Positions 19,133 through 29,325 of a stretch of 64,000 nt of DNA are shown piece by piece. The notes beneath the pieces were generated by a model. The model was not told where the DNA came from. It saw only the letters and a list, made by a program, of their open reading frames with translations, and made no database searches. Position numbers and translations under genes: made by a program. The stretch lies in the NCBI GenBank assembly GCA_963777605.1, contig CAVZRV010000007.1, forward strand, positions 64,001 to 128,000, read 5' to 3'. The DNA is from an uncultured Acidobacteriota bacterium (GTDB lineage: Bacteria; Acidobacteriota; UBA6911; RPQK01; JAPXNP01). Position 1 is the first letter of the stretch; every line of letters begins with the position of its first letter.

Positions 19133-21211
19133 TCACCCCCGCGAAGATCTGAGTGTCCCCAGCGACTGATTCAGCCATCCCAATTCACCCGGCTGGAGGT
19201 GGAGGCTGCCGAATCGGCTCCGGTAGTAGAGGAGTACAATCTGCTCGGGTAGTGAACTTCCCGTCTCCTCACCCACCCGTCTCGAGAACTCCAGGGGAGT
19301 CTCCGAATTCTTCTTCGCAAACCCTTTCCTCCGGAGGATCTCGAGCAATTCCAGGTAGTAGTCCTCAGCGACCCGGGCGTCTATCCTGCGGCGGATCAGA
19401 AGGCTCCACGTCCGTCTCAGCAAGCGGCGGTAGCGGTAGAGCAGAAGGAGGCAGAGTCCGGCCGCCAGCAACATCCCCGCGAGGCGGAGCACCGGGCTCC
19501 CCAACCAGGCCGACAGCGGCAGCGAGGTCAGTCGATCGCCGGACAGTTTCTGGAACGAATTGCGGAAGTCGATCCATTGAAACTCCAGGCGCTCCCTCAT
19601 CAACTGGAAAAACCCGAACTGCTTGATCCGGTCGAACGTCACAACCTGGCTCCAGAGAAGATCCAGGGTGTCGAACAGGCGGCCGGTGACATCCAGAAAA
19701 TAGTTGCCGGCGTCGAGCCGGACTGCGGGAGTGGGATCGAAATCGATCCAACCGGCACCGGGAAAGTAGCCTTCCACCCAACTGTGGGCGTCCGACTGCC
19801 GAACGATGAAGTAATCCCCCCAGTCGTTGTACTCGCCCCGCCGGAAACCGTTGACGAGTCGGCTCGGGATCCCTTCAATCCGCAACATAACCGCGAGTGC
19901 GGTGGCGTAGTACTCGCAATGGCCTTCGTGGGTCCGGAGCAGGAAATCCGCCAGCGGGTCGTCCGCATTCCCGGATGGGTCGCGGAGGCTGTACCGGAAC
20001 GGTCCCCGGCGGAATGAACTCTCCAGCAACAACGCCTTCTGAATGGGAGCTGTCCCCTTTCCAGCGATCCGGTCCGCCATCCGACGGATGCGCGAGTCAA
20101 GCTCGGGGAGGTTCAGAAACCGGCGGCTGACCTCGTCCGGCACCCCCTTTCGGGGATCGATCCGCTGGATCTTTTCTCCCCGCGAAAAGAGGTCAGAATG
20201 GACATAATAGCGACTCGAGTCGGCCGGGCGCGGGCGCAGGAGAACCGACTCATTTTCATCCACCATGACATGAGCCGCCCGGCTCTGCAGTCCCGACAGT
20301 TGGACGATCGAGGGTGCTCCGAAAACGATCTCGGTGTATGGCTCGACGTAAAACGTCTGTTGAAGGAGGACTTCATCGAAACGACGCTGCTTGGCCAGCA
20401 CGTACCGCCCCCGGGCATCGGGTGCATGTTCGTCCCAACGCCGGCTCGTGTTCAACCAGGCTTTCCCATCAAAGCTGTCGAGGGCGATTCCGCGCCACTT
20501 CAAATTCTTCGGCACCGCTTCGAGCGGTCGATCCACTGCGACCCTCATGAAGACTTCCGGGTTGCCCAGGATTCTTCCCAGGTCGCCGAGCCGCACCGTC
20601 GTGGAGAAACCGGACAGACGTGACCCCGGACTCGAAAAAAAGTCCAGCGAACCGCGGGGCACCGCCAGAAAGATTGGTACCGCCAACACGCTCGTCAAAA
20701 GCGTAATCACTGCGGAAACCTGCAGGTAAGAGGAAAGCGAGAACACCGCGCGCGGGTTCTCGGCATAGGCCGACCGACTCTCGAAAAGTACCAGGTTGAG
20801 CACGCCGAGGAACACGAACAGGACGAGCATGACGAGGTAGCTCACCGACATGTTGAAGGTGGACGACACCAGGAGAAGAGCAAAGGACAGCAGGTAGATC
20901 AGCAGGTAGTCCCCGTCGCGCTCCCGGGTGAAGATCTTGAACAGGCCCAGGAGCAACAAGAGCCTGACCGCCGCACCGACCGGATCACCTCCGACAAAGA
21001 GGTCGAGCGTGAATGTCAGCACTCCCGCTGCAATGAAGAGTAATGCCCGGAAACGGCTCACGGAAAAAGGGCTGACAAAGATGCTGATAACGAGGCCCAG
21101 GAGGAACGCAGCGATAATCGGGGGCGCGGTCACACCCGCCGCAGCGACGGACAGAAACCCGACCAGCAACAACAGGTACGTCGCTGTCTCGAAAACCGTC
21201 TGAAACCTCAT
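19133..21211 (-). CDS. DUF3488/transglutaminase (TgpA-like) membrane protein
   Basis: N-terminal TM helices; GHCEYYA, AHSWVE, WIDFDPTP catalytic triad. Confidence 0.92.
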   Translation of the reverse strand: MRFQTVFETATYLLLLVGFLSVAAAGVTAPPIIAAFLLGLVISIFVSPFSVSRFRALLFIAAGVLTFTLDLFVGGDPVGAAVRLLLLLGLFKIFTRERDGDYLLIYLLSFALLLVSSTFNMSVSYLVMLVLFVFLGVLNLVLFESRSAYAENPRAVFSLSSYLQVSAVITLLTSVLAVPIFLAVPRGSLDFFSSPGSRLSGFSTTVRLGDLGRILGNPEVFMRVAVDRPLEAVPKNLKWRGIALDSFDGKAWLNTSRRWDEHAPDARGRYVLAKQRRFDEVLLQQTFYVEPYTEIVFGAPSIVQLSGLQSRAAHVMVDENESVLLRPRPADSSRYYVHSDLFSRGEKIQRIDPRKGVPDEVSRRFLNLPELDSRIRRMADRIAGKGTAPIQKALLLESSFRRGPFRYSLRDPSGNADDPLADFLLRTHEGHCEYYATALAVMLRIEGIPSRLVNGFRRGEYNDWGDYFIVRQSDAHSWVEGYFPGAGWIDFDPTPAVRLDAGNYFLDVTGRLFDTLDLLWSQVVTFDRIKQFGFFQLMRERLEFQWIDFRNSFQKLSGDRLTSLPLSAWLGSPVLRLAGMLLAAGLCLLLLYRYRRLLRRTWSLLIRRRIDARVAEDYYLELLEILRRKGFAKKNSETPLEFSRRVGEETGSSLPEQIVLLYYRSRFGSLHLQPGELGWLNQSLGTLRSSRG

Positions 21212-22488
21212 AGCGCCAGGTAATCCACTACCGGGACCCCCTCGAAGTGAAGACCGGGCCCCGCAGCAAAAACGACCGAACCCCTGCCGACCCGGTTCGG
21301 GTCGATCAGGAACCGTTCGGCCGGTTGAACCCAGGAGAGGTAGTCCATCAGCGAGTCCACTCCTTCGCGAGTACCGTTAACCACGGTTTCGAACTCCCCC
21401 GAGTAGAACGAGAAAGACAGTCCCCGGTCGGCATAGTACCGAGACAGCGAAGCGATGCAGGACAGCGCTCGCTCAAATCCGGCGAGCGATTCCGAGTCGC
21501 CCTTTCCGAGGTAGGAGGAGAAGACCAACTGGAGCATCTCGTCCCGTTCCTCGATGAACTCCTTGACCATCAGCCGGGACAGCTTTGCGGTGGATTTCCA
21601 GTGGATGTGACGGGAATCGTCTCCTCGCTGGTAGTCCCGGATGTTGTAAAGCCCGCTCCCAAAGCCGCGCCGGTTCATGACGTCGGGACCCTGCAGAAAG
21701 GGGTACCGGCGAATCAGGGGACGCGGATCGATCAAGGCCGGGTAGATTGTGATCTTGCCTTCGGCCTCAACATCACGCCCACGATAGAAGAATCCGAACG
21801 GAAACTTGGTGCGGACCTCGAAGCCTTTTATGATCAGCACCCCGCGCCTGGCGAACGACGACTCCAGTCTCGTCGTCAGGGAAGTCCCGGCACCCAGGTA
21901 GGGGAAATGCTTCTCCGTCGTGAAAAAGTCACTGACCTCGCGGGGACAATCTCCCCTCCCTTTGAGCCCGAGAGCAAATGATGGAATTCTGCGCTTCTGG
22001 TTGTAGAGTGTCAGGAAGGCGACTGCCCTCTGACCCGCGTGAATTGCATCCGGCAGGGCCAACGTAACCCGCAGCCCGTGCAGTACCAGGTTGGATACCA
22101 TTCCCGAAACGAGCAGGGCCGCCAGCAGGAAGGAGAGGATCAGGACCAACAGGTTATTGCCGGAGTTCAGCGTCGCCATCGCGATTAGAAGCAACAGAAA
22201 CAGGAAAAGCCCTCCCCGTGCCGTGACCCGGAACAACCGGATACTGCCCCAGTACTCGACATTGACCCTTCGAAGCAGTCTCGGAACAAACCATGCAGCG
22301 ACAAACCCGGCCGTCGCCAGAGCAAGCACGGCGATTGTAATCGCGGCAGCCGAGCGTCCCGCGTGACGCAGGAATGTGCTCGCCAGGGCAAGTGACAAAG
22401 CCAGCAGCAGGAGGAGGAGCGCGCCAGCGAACTCGCGTACCGCCGGCGTCCAGAATATCCCTCGGGCAACCGACGATTGATCCGCCAT
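21208..22488 (-). CDS. DUF58 domain protein
   Basis: IRDYQRGDDSRHIHWKSTAK motif; FPFG. Confidence 0.9.
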   Translation of the reverse strand: MADQSSVARGIFWTPAVREFAGALLLLLLALSLALASTFLRHAGRSAAAITIAVLALATAGFVAAWFVPRLLRRVNVEYWGSIRLFRVTARGGLFLFLLLLIAMATLNSGNNLLVLILSFLLAALLVSGMVSNLVLHGLRVTLALPDAIHAGQRAVAFLTLYNQKRRIPSFALGLKGRGDCPREVSDFFTTEKHFPYLGAGTSLTTRLESSFARRGVLIIKGFEVRTKFPFGFFYRGRDVEAEGKITIYPALIDPRPLIRRYPFLQGPDVMNRRGFGSGLYNIRDYQRGDDSRHIHWKSTAKLSRLMVKEFIEERDEMLQLVFSSYLGKGDSESLAGFERALSCIASLSRYYADRGLSFSFYSGEFETVVNGTREGVDSLMDYLSWVQPAERFLIDPNRVGRGSVVFAAGPGLHFEGVPVVDYLAL

Positions 22489-22617
22489 CACAACCACTCC
22501 ACGGATCGCGCCTTCATACCCGACTATTCTACTATCCCCCATCGGGAGGAAGAACCGGGAGCGGCATCCGAAGAGCCCTGAAAGGCGCTTCGGGACAGAT
22601 TAAGGGGATCGGTTTTC

Positions 22618-23580
22618 CTATTGCGGTATAGCGATCTCTTCGACCAGTTCCCGGATCACCAACTCCGCTTCCTCGCTGACCTGCAAAGGGCTGGCCAGGC
22701 GGGAACTCACCACCACCCGGTGGGCGAGAACGGGCACCGCCAGACTCTTGAAGTCATCAGGAGTGCAGTAATCCCGCCCCCTCAGGAATGAGAGCGCCTG
22801 GGCAGCGCGAAACAGGGACATGGCACCGCGCGGGCTCACTCCCAACTCGAGCAGGTGATGCTCCCGGGTGGCCTGGACGACCTTCATCAGGTAGTCGAGG
22901 AGCGATTCATCCACGCGTACCATTTCGACCTGGTTCTGAGCTTCGAGGATCTCCTCGACAGTGACCGCCGGCGTCAAACGCTCGGCCGCACGGTAGCTGA
23001 TCCCGGAGCGCAGAATCTCCTTCTCATCCTCGGCTCCGGGGTAGCCCATCCGGATGCGCATCAGAAACCGGTCGAGCTGGGATTCAGGTAGAGGATAGGT
23101 GCCGTGATGCTCGATCGGATTCTGTGTGGCGATTACAACGAACGGATTGGGAAGCGGATAAGTCCGATCCTCAACCGAGACGTTGCCCTCGCTCATGGCC
23201 TCGAGAAGCGCACTCTGTGTCTTCGGAGTGGTGCGGTTGATCTCGTCGGCCAGAACCACATTGGCAAAGAGAGGTCCCCTCCTGAATTCAAACCGGCCGG
23301 TCGCCTGGCTGTAAATCGAGACCCCGGTGAGGTCGGACGGCAACAGATCGCTGGTGAACTGAATCCGGTGGAACGTGCAGTCGAAAGACCGTGCCAGGGC
23401 GTAGGCCAAGGTGGTCTTCCCCACGCCTGGAACATCCTCGATGAGGACGTGTCCCCGCGAGAGAAGAGTGACGATCGCCAACTCAACCGCTTCCCGCTTT
23501 CCCTTGATCACGCTCTCAACGGACTGCCGGAGGACCTGGACCTTTTGCGCCGACGGATTTTCGACCGTGTCAAACTCCAT
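22618..23580 (-). CDS. MoxR-family AAA+ ATPase
   Basis: EDVPGVGKT, RIQFTSDLLPSD, DEINR, ATQNPIE. Confidence 0.95.
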   Translation of the reverse strand: MEFDTVENPSAQKVQVLRQSVESVIKGKREAVELAIVTLLSRGHVLIEDVPGVGKTTLAYALARSFDCTFHRIQFTSDLLPSDLTGVSIYSQATGRFEFRRGPLFANVVLADEINRTTPKTQSALLEAMSEGNVSVEDRTYPLPNPFVVIATQNPIEHHGTYPLPESQLDRFLMRIRMGYPGAEDEKEILRSGISYRAAERLTPAVTVEEILEAQNQVEMVRVDESLLDYLMKVVQATREHHLLELGVSPRGAMSLFRAAQALSFLRGRDYCTPDDFKSLAVPVLAHRVVVSSRLASPLQVSEEAELVIRELVEEIAIPQ

Positions 23581-23593
23581 TTCCACTACTCTA

Positions 23594-24613
23594 CTAAAAC
23601 AGTGCGCCCTGTCCCCCTTCAAGGTTGCGATACCCGAAATGCTCACAGGCCCGGCGGGTCACCGTGCGCCCCCGGGGGGTCCGGTTCAGGAAGCCGATCT
23701 GAATCAGATAAGGTTCATAGATGTCCTCGATGGCATCCTTCTCTTCGCTGATCGCCGCCGAGATCGTTCCCAGGCCGACGGGTCCGCCGCCAAACTTCTC
23801 GATGATCGTGGAGAGCAGCTTGCGATCGACTTCGTCGAAACCGAACCGGTCAACTTTCATCAACTCGAGCGCCTCGCACGCGATTTCGGAGGTGATCTTC
23901 CCGTCCGCCTTGACCTGGGCGTAGTCCCGAACCCGTCGAAGCAGCCGATTCGCGATTCTCGGTGTCCCCCGGCAACGCCCAGCCACTTCCCGCGCTCCGG
24001 CCTCGTCAATCGCCACGCCAAGGATCGAGGCTGATCTCCGGGCGATCCAGGTCAGGCTTTCCACGTCGTAGAAATCGAGACGCTGGATGATGCCGAATCT
24101 GGCGCGTAGCGGAGAGGTCAGCAGCCCGGTACGCGTCGTGGCGCCGATCAGGGTAAACGGCGGGACGTCGATTTTGATCGAACGGGCCCCCGGGCCCTCA
24201 CCGATAATGATGTCAATCTGAAAGTCTTCCATCGCCGGGTAGAGAATCTCTTCCACTGCCGGATGAAGACGGTGAATCTCGTCGATGAAGAGGACGTCAC
24301 TTTCGTTGAGGTTGGTCAGTATTGCCGCGAGGTCTCCCCGCTTTTCAATCGCCGGCCCCGACGTCGACCGGAAGTTCACGTTCAGTTCGTTGGCGACGAT
24401 CTGGGCAAGGGTGGTCTTTCCCAGGCCGGGAGGGCCAAAGAAGAGAACGTGGTCAAGAGCTTCCTGCCGCTGCAGCGCAGCCTCGATCCCAATTCCAAGA
24501 TTGGCCCGGACGCTGTCCTGCCCTACGAAATCGGCGAGCTTCTTCGGACGAAGGCTGTTTTCGAACGCATTCTCGTCATCACGATGGACCGGGCTGACGA
24601 TTCGTTCTTCCAT
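23594..24613 (-). CDS. ruvB: Holliday junction branch migration helicase RuvB
   Basis: [32 protein letters not shown]. Confidence 0.97.
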   Translation of the reverse strand: MEERIVSPVHRDDENAFENSLRPKKLADFVGQDSVRANLGIGIEAALQRQEALDHVLFFGPPGLGKTTLAQIVANELNVNFRSTSGPAIEKRGDLAAILTNLNESDVLFIDEIHRLHPAVEEILYPAMEDFQIDIIIGEGPGARSIKIDVPPFTLIGATTRTGLLTSPLRARFGIIQRLDFYDVESLTWIARRSASILGVAIDEAGAREVAGRCRGTPRIANRLLRRVRDYAQVKADGKITSEIACEALELMKVDRFGFDEVDRKLLSTIIEKFGGGPVGLGTISAAISEEKDAIEDIYEPYLIQIGFLNRTPRGRTVTRRACEHFGYRNLEGGQGALF

Positions 24614-25209
24614 CAGTTCGACATCTCTTTCAGGGCCTGCTTCAAGAGCGCTTCAAAGCTCTCGGTTTGTCCCGCCCTCAACAACTTCGAAATCGCCGAC
24701 TCGGCCTTGGCCCGCTGGTACCCAAGATTGACCAGTGCTGAAACCACGTCCCGTCCCAGCCCACCATCCACCGGCCCGATTGACCCGGGCCCAGCCTCGG
24801 GGACCAACTGGGAAATTTTGTCCTTCAACTCGAGCGCAATCCGCTCGGCCGTCTTCTTGCCGACACCCGGGATCGAGGAGAGTCGGGCTACGTCCTTGGC
24901 CGAAATCGCAACGCTGAGTTCTTCAACCGGCAACCCCGACAGGATCGTGATCGCCAGCCGGGGCCCGATCCCCGTCACCTGGAGCAGGAGCAGAAACATC
25001 TGCCGTTCCTGGACGGTCAAGAACCCGAACAGGCCCAGGAAGTCCTCCCGAACATGAGTATAAGTCTTGAGGACGACTTCGCTGCCGATGTCCCCAAGTT
25101 CGTAGTAGGTCGAGAAAGGAATGGCGATGTCGTAACCGACGCCGTGTACATCCACGATCACTCGGTCCGCCGCCTTGTGGGCCAGGATCCCTCGAATCTG
25201 GGCAATCAT
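24613..25209 (-). CDS. ruvA: Holliday junction branch migration protein RuvA
   Basis: MIAQIRG start; GIGPRLA and [10 protein letters not shown] HhH motifs. Confidence 0.96.
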   Translation of the reverse strand: MIAQIRGILAHKAADRVIVDVHGVGYDIAIPFSTYYELGDIGSEVVLKTYTHVREDFLGLFGFLTVQERQMFLLLLQVTGIGPRLAITILSGLPVEELSVAISAKDVARLSSIPGVGKKTAERIALELKDKISQLVPEAGPGSIGPVDGGLGRDVVSALVNLGYQRAKAESAISKLLRAGQTESFEALLKQALKEMSN

Positions 25210-25255
25210 TCGCTTCCGATTATATGCTAGCGCCCTGAGTCTGAAGCTCGGCACA

Positions 25256-27361
25256 CTAGCGGGGTGTGGAATCCGGCAGGCCTCCGTCAATGGGAATGGT
25301 CGCGCCGGTGGTTGGTGTCTCCCGCAACAGGAAGAAAACCACCGCGTTGGCGACGTGCCGCGCCGTCACCTTTATCTTCAGCAGGTTGCGCTCCCGGTAG
25401 TACTCCTGCAGCGCATTCTCATCGAGCCCCCTGGCCCGCATCCGGTCCGGGCCTACTTCGGCCCACAATCCCGATTTGAACTGGCCTTCACCAAAGATTG
25501 CATCGGGAGAAACCATGTTCACGCGGACGCCTTCGGAGGCCAGTTCCAGGCTGGCAATCCGGGCCAGTTGATGAGCCGCTGCCTTGGTCGCGCTGTAGGC
25601 GCCAAACCGGGCTCCGGGCGCAAAAACGTTCTTGGTCGAGACGAGAACGATGTCCCCCCCGATTCCCTGGCGAGGAAAGAAACGGGCAGCTTCAGCCAGT
25701 ACCGTCAACGTCCCTTCCGTGTTCACCCGCTCCAGAAGGCGAAAGCGTTCCAGTTCCATTTCAGCCAGAGAGGACACCATCGCCATCCCGGCATTCGGGA
25801 TGACGAAATCCACACCTCCCCAGGTTCCCGCTGCCTCGCCGAAGGCCTCGGCGACCGATGCCGGGTCGGTGACGTCCATCCGGATTCCCACGACCCGATC
25901 ACCGAACCGGCAACGAAGGTCGGCTACGAGTGCCTCCAGCCGCTCCTCTGAGATGTCGGTCGCCGCCACCTGGCACCCTTCTTCGAGCAGGCGTTCACAG
26001 ATCCCGGCCCCGATGGCGCCCGCCGCCCCGGTGACCAGAGCCACGTTGCTTCCCATCGCGGAGCCGTCGCCTTTGATCTTGGCCAACTGAAGCCCGCGAA
26101 ACTCCATGTCGAGCAACTGCTTCGCCTCGAGGCCCTCGTAAGTTCCCCCGGTGGCTTTGATGCGCGCCTTGATTTGGATCGACTGCCGGGTGATGTCGCG
26201 GCAAATCTGGGCTTCCCGGAGGTTTGGCCCGGCACAGACAGCTCCCATGCCGGGAACCAGGAGCACGCGCGGAGATGGATCGAAACTCTCCAGTGGAACC
26301 CCCGAGTCCAACGCGACCTTCCCCGCGTAAGCCCGGTACTCGTCTTCGTATCGGGAGACCTGCTCGTTGACCTGGGAGCGAAACCGATCGGGATCCTCGA
26401 ACGCCGGACTGTCGATCCAAAGTGGGTATGCCTTGGTCCGGATCAGGTGGTCCGAGGTCACCGCGGGCGTCAAAGCAGCCTCGCGAAAGCCCTCCGAGCC
26501 GATCGCGGACAACACGGACTCTTCGATCAGGGGCAACAGGACAGCGGGACGTATGGGCCGATCTGGATTTCCCGTTGGGCGAGCCAGCCGGCCACGAATG
26601 ACCGGCGCCAAACGTCGGAACCGGTCCCAGGCCGCATCCAGTTCCGTTGGTGTCACGCTGACGGATGCCCCACTCTTCGAATCGAGGAAACGCTCGGCAC
26701 GATCGACGGCCTCGATCATCCGTTCATAGGACTCCCGGGCAGTCCTTCCCCAGGTCACGACCCCGTGACGAAGCCATACGATGCCCCGGCTGTCGGGCGT
26801 CCTTCGATAAGCCTCGGCAGTGGCTTTGGCAAGTTCGAAACCAGGCTCGACGTAGTCCAAAACGAGGTACTTCGACCCAAGCGCCTCTTCGACCATGCTC
26901 CGCCCGTCAACCCGATTGCCAAGAGCCAGAATGGCGTCGGCGTGGCTGTGATCCAAGAAGGTTTCAGGGATGAACGCGTGCGCCAGTGCTTCGATGGACG
27001 GGTTGGCCGACCGGTAGTCGAGGAGCCTGGCGCGCACCTGGCGCACCATTTCCTCGTCCGAAAGTTCCGGGAGCGACTCGAGCCGTTGGAGAGCCGCCAG
27101 TTCGAGGCCCGAATGACCATCCGGCTCAATGGATGCCAGGTCGTAGCCGGATGCCTTCACGAAGATCGCCTCCCGGGGTTCGCCGAAAATGTCCTTCACC
27201 CGGATCTTGACCGACGTATTTCCCCCGCCGTGGAGAACCAGGCTGGGATCGGCGCCGATGAGACGGGCGGAGTAGGTCCGCAGAGCCAACTCTTCTCCCC
27301 AAACCTCCTGATATTGGCTTACGAGACCGGCGGCAACCTGGTCGGACCACAGACTCTTCAC
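25256..27361 (-). CDS. Bifunctional class II aldolase / short-chain dehydrogenase
   Basis: GGGNTSVK, PSIE, HSHAD aldolase motifs; TGAAGAIG and YSATK SDR motifs. Confidence 0.9.
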   Translation of the reverse strand: MKSLWSDQVAAGLVSQYQEVWGEELALRTYSARLIGADPSLVLHGGGNTSVKIRVKDIFGEPREAIFVKASGYDLASIEPDGHSGLELAALQRLESLPELSDEEMVRQVRARLLDYRSANPSIEALAHAFIPETFLDHSHADAILALGNRVDGRSMVEEALGSKYLVLDYVEPGFELAKATAEAYRRTPDSRGIVWLRHGVVTWGRTARESYERMIEAVDRAERFLDSKSGASVSVTPTELDAAWDRFRRLAPVIRGRLARPTGNPDRPIRPAVLLPLIEESVLSAIGSEGFREAALTPAVTSDHLIRTKAYPLWIDSPAFEDPDRFRSQVNEQVSRYEDEYRAYAGKVALDSGVPLESFDPSPRVLLVPGMGAVCAGPNLREAQICRDITRQSIQIKARIKATGGTYEGLEAKQLLDMEFRGLQLAKIKGDGSAMGSNVALVTGAAGAIGAGICERLLEEGCQVAATDISEERLEALVADLRCRFGDRVVGIRMDVTDPASVAEAFGEAAGTWGGVDFVIPNAGMAMVSSLAEMELERFRLLERVNTEGTLTVLAEAARFFPRQGIGGDIVLVSTKNVFAPGARFGAYSATKAAAHQLARIASLELASEGVRVNMVSPDAIFGEGQFKSGLWAEVGPDRMRARGLDENALQEYYRERNLLKIKVTARHVANAVVFFLLRETPTTGATIPIDGGLPDSTPR

Positions 27362-28086
27362 AGCGACCCCCTTCCCGCCCGCAGGGCGTCCAGCATGAAC
27401 CGGGCGTTTTCGCTCACTGCCTTCCCGTCGAACACCGCACTACCCGTCACCACCAGGTCCACTCCCCAGGTCGCGACTTCGTCAATGTTATTTCGCGTGA
27501 TCCCGCCATCCACACAGATCAATGGTTCCAGTCCGCTTCGGAGGGCCAGTTCGCGCACGGCATCGACCCGTCTTCGGGTGGTCCCAACCATCGATTGTCC
27601 ACCCCAACCCGGATTGATGCCCAGCACGGTGACCATTTCGACCTGTTCCAAGAGAGGGTCCAGCACTTCGATCGGAGTGCCCGGGTTGAGGGCGACTCCA
27701 CGAACCGGTTTCTGGCCGCCATCACCGGTGCCGGCGGTCGTGAGGGACTGCAGAACCCGGTGAACGTGGCTGCCACACTCGACGTGGAAAGTCAGGATGT
27801 CGGCACCGGCCGCAACGTACTGCCCGACCTTGACTAAAGGATCGTCGATCATCAAGTGAACGTCCTTGAGATACCCGTCCGCCCGGAAGGCTTTGATAAA
27901 AGGCGGCCCCACCGTCATCATGGGGCAAAAACAGCCGTCCATAACGTCGAAATGGAGAATCTCAACTCCGGTTCCGTCGAGTTTCTCGACCTCGGAACCG
28001 AGTTGCATCAGATCCGCCGTCAACACCCCCACGCTAATGGTGGGGACCATCTTCTTCAGTCTGTCCAGCACAGACGGGTCGCTCAT
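27358..28086 (-). CDS. Ribulose-phosphate 3-epimerase family protein (LsrE-like)
   Basis: HFDVMDG, DVHLM, VDGG, GSAVF; adjacent to lsrF. Confidence 0.85.
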   Translation of the reverse strand: MSDPSVLDRLKKMVPTISVGVLTADLMQLGSEVEKLDGTGVEILHFDVMDGCFCPMMTVGPPFIKAFRADGYLKDVHLMIDDPLVKVGQYVAAGADILTFHVECGSHVHRVLQSLTTAGTGDGGQKPVRGVALNPGTPIEVLDPLLEQVEMVTVLGINPGWGGQSMVGTTRRRVDAVRELALRSGLEPLICVDGGITRNNIDEVATWGVDLVVTGSAVFDGKAVSENARFMLDALRAGRGSL

Positions 28087-28090
28087 TGGA

Positions 28091-28978
28091 TCAGTCCTTC
28101 TGCTCGTTCTTGAGGGTCTCGTACAGGTCCAGTGCCTGAGCCGGTTTCATGTCCTCGTGAACCACCGCGCGGATCGCCTGGATCATCCCCGAAGCGTAGT
28201 CTGCCTGGAAGATGTTCCGTCCCATATCGACACCCGCGGCTCCTTCCTGGACGGCATTGTAAGCCATCGTCAGGGCATCCAACTCGGGCAGTTTCTTGCC
28301 ACCCGCCATGACCAGGGGAACGGGGCAGGAGGCCGCCACCGTGTCGAATCCGTCGGGGACGTAGTAGGTCTTGACGAACTGGGCACCCAACTCGGCGCAG
28401 ATCCTGCACGCCAGTCTAAAATACTGGGCATCCCGCTTCATGTCCCTGCCGACAGCGGTGACGGCAAAGACAGGAATCCCATACCGAAGTCCCATGTCGA
28501 TCAGGCGGGTCATGTTGTGGATCGACTGACTCTCGTACTCCCCTCCAACAAAGACCTGGACTGCCATCGCCGCAACGTTCAGCCGGAGAGCATCTTCGAT
28601 GTCTACGGCGATCTGCTCGTTCGACAGTTCCTTGAGGATGCTCGGCCCACCACTCGACCGCAGAACCACCCCGCGGCCATAGGTAGGCGGGACAACGGAC
28701 CTCAAAACGCCACGAGTCAACATCAGTGCGTCGCAATACGGCAGCAGGGGAACGATGTTGACGTCAACTCGCTCCAGGCCGGTGGTCGGCCCCATGAAAT
28801 ATCCGTGATCGATCGCCAGCATCACGGTGCGCCCGCTGCGAGTGTCGAATATCTTCGAAAAGCGATTCTGCATCCCCCAGCCGACTGCATTGTTGCCTTT
28901 CACAAAGAACGGCTCGCTCCGTTGAGGGGTATCGAGGTGAAAGTCCTTTGCATCTCTGACGGTATCGGCATCTGCCAT
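28091..28978 (-). CDS. lsrF: 3-hydroxy-5-phosphonooxypentane-2,4-dione thiolase LsrF
   Basis: [43 protein letters not shown]. Confidence 0.92.
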   Translation of the reverse strand: MADADTVRDAKDFHLDTPQRSEPFFVKGNNAVGWGMQNRFSKIFDTRSGRTVMLAIDHGYFMGPTTGLERVDVNIVPLLPYCDALMLTRGVLRSVVPPTYGRGVVLRSSGGPSILKELSNEQIAVDIEDALRLNVAAMAVQVFVGGEYESQSIHNMTRLIDMGLRYGIPVFAVTAVGRDMKRDAQYFRLACRICAELGAQFVKTYYVPDGFDTVAASCPVPLVMAGGKKLPELDALTMAYNAVQEGAAGVDMGRNIFQADYASGMIQAIRAVVHEDMKPAQALDLYETLKNEQKD

Positions 28979-29325
28979 GGTGTTCTCTCCTTCTTGCTCG
29001 AATTGAGGTGTGGGCGGTCGGATCATAACAACGGGCCCGGCTGCACGCAACTTGACTTCCGCCGTCCAACCCGCTGGAGTCGAATCGCAGCGGCGGCGCC
29101 TCCCCACACTGCCGCTGGCGGGTCCCGGCCGCGGCCCGAAACCCACTCCATCGGGACCGACTGTCCGTCCCTTCATGCTATACTTTGCACTTGAATAGAG
29201 CGGTTCGACAACCACAAAAACGCTGGGTTCCTCCAGTGTCGTTTTACTCAGGCATCCCCGTTTATCCGGCCGGGCAGATGGAGTCAATGCCTGAATTACT
29301 GTTCTAGTTTCCAGGGGTAAAGCCA

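Noticed and set aside
26174-27763. 529-aa plus-strand ORF
   Set aside because: Antisense shadow of the aldolase/SDR and epimerase genes, expected with GC-rich codon bias; no motifs
27866-29194. 442-aa plus-strand ORF
   Set aside because: Antisense to the clearly genuine lsrF
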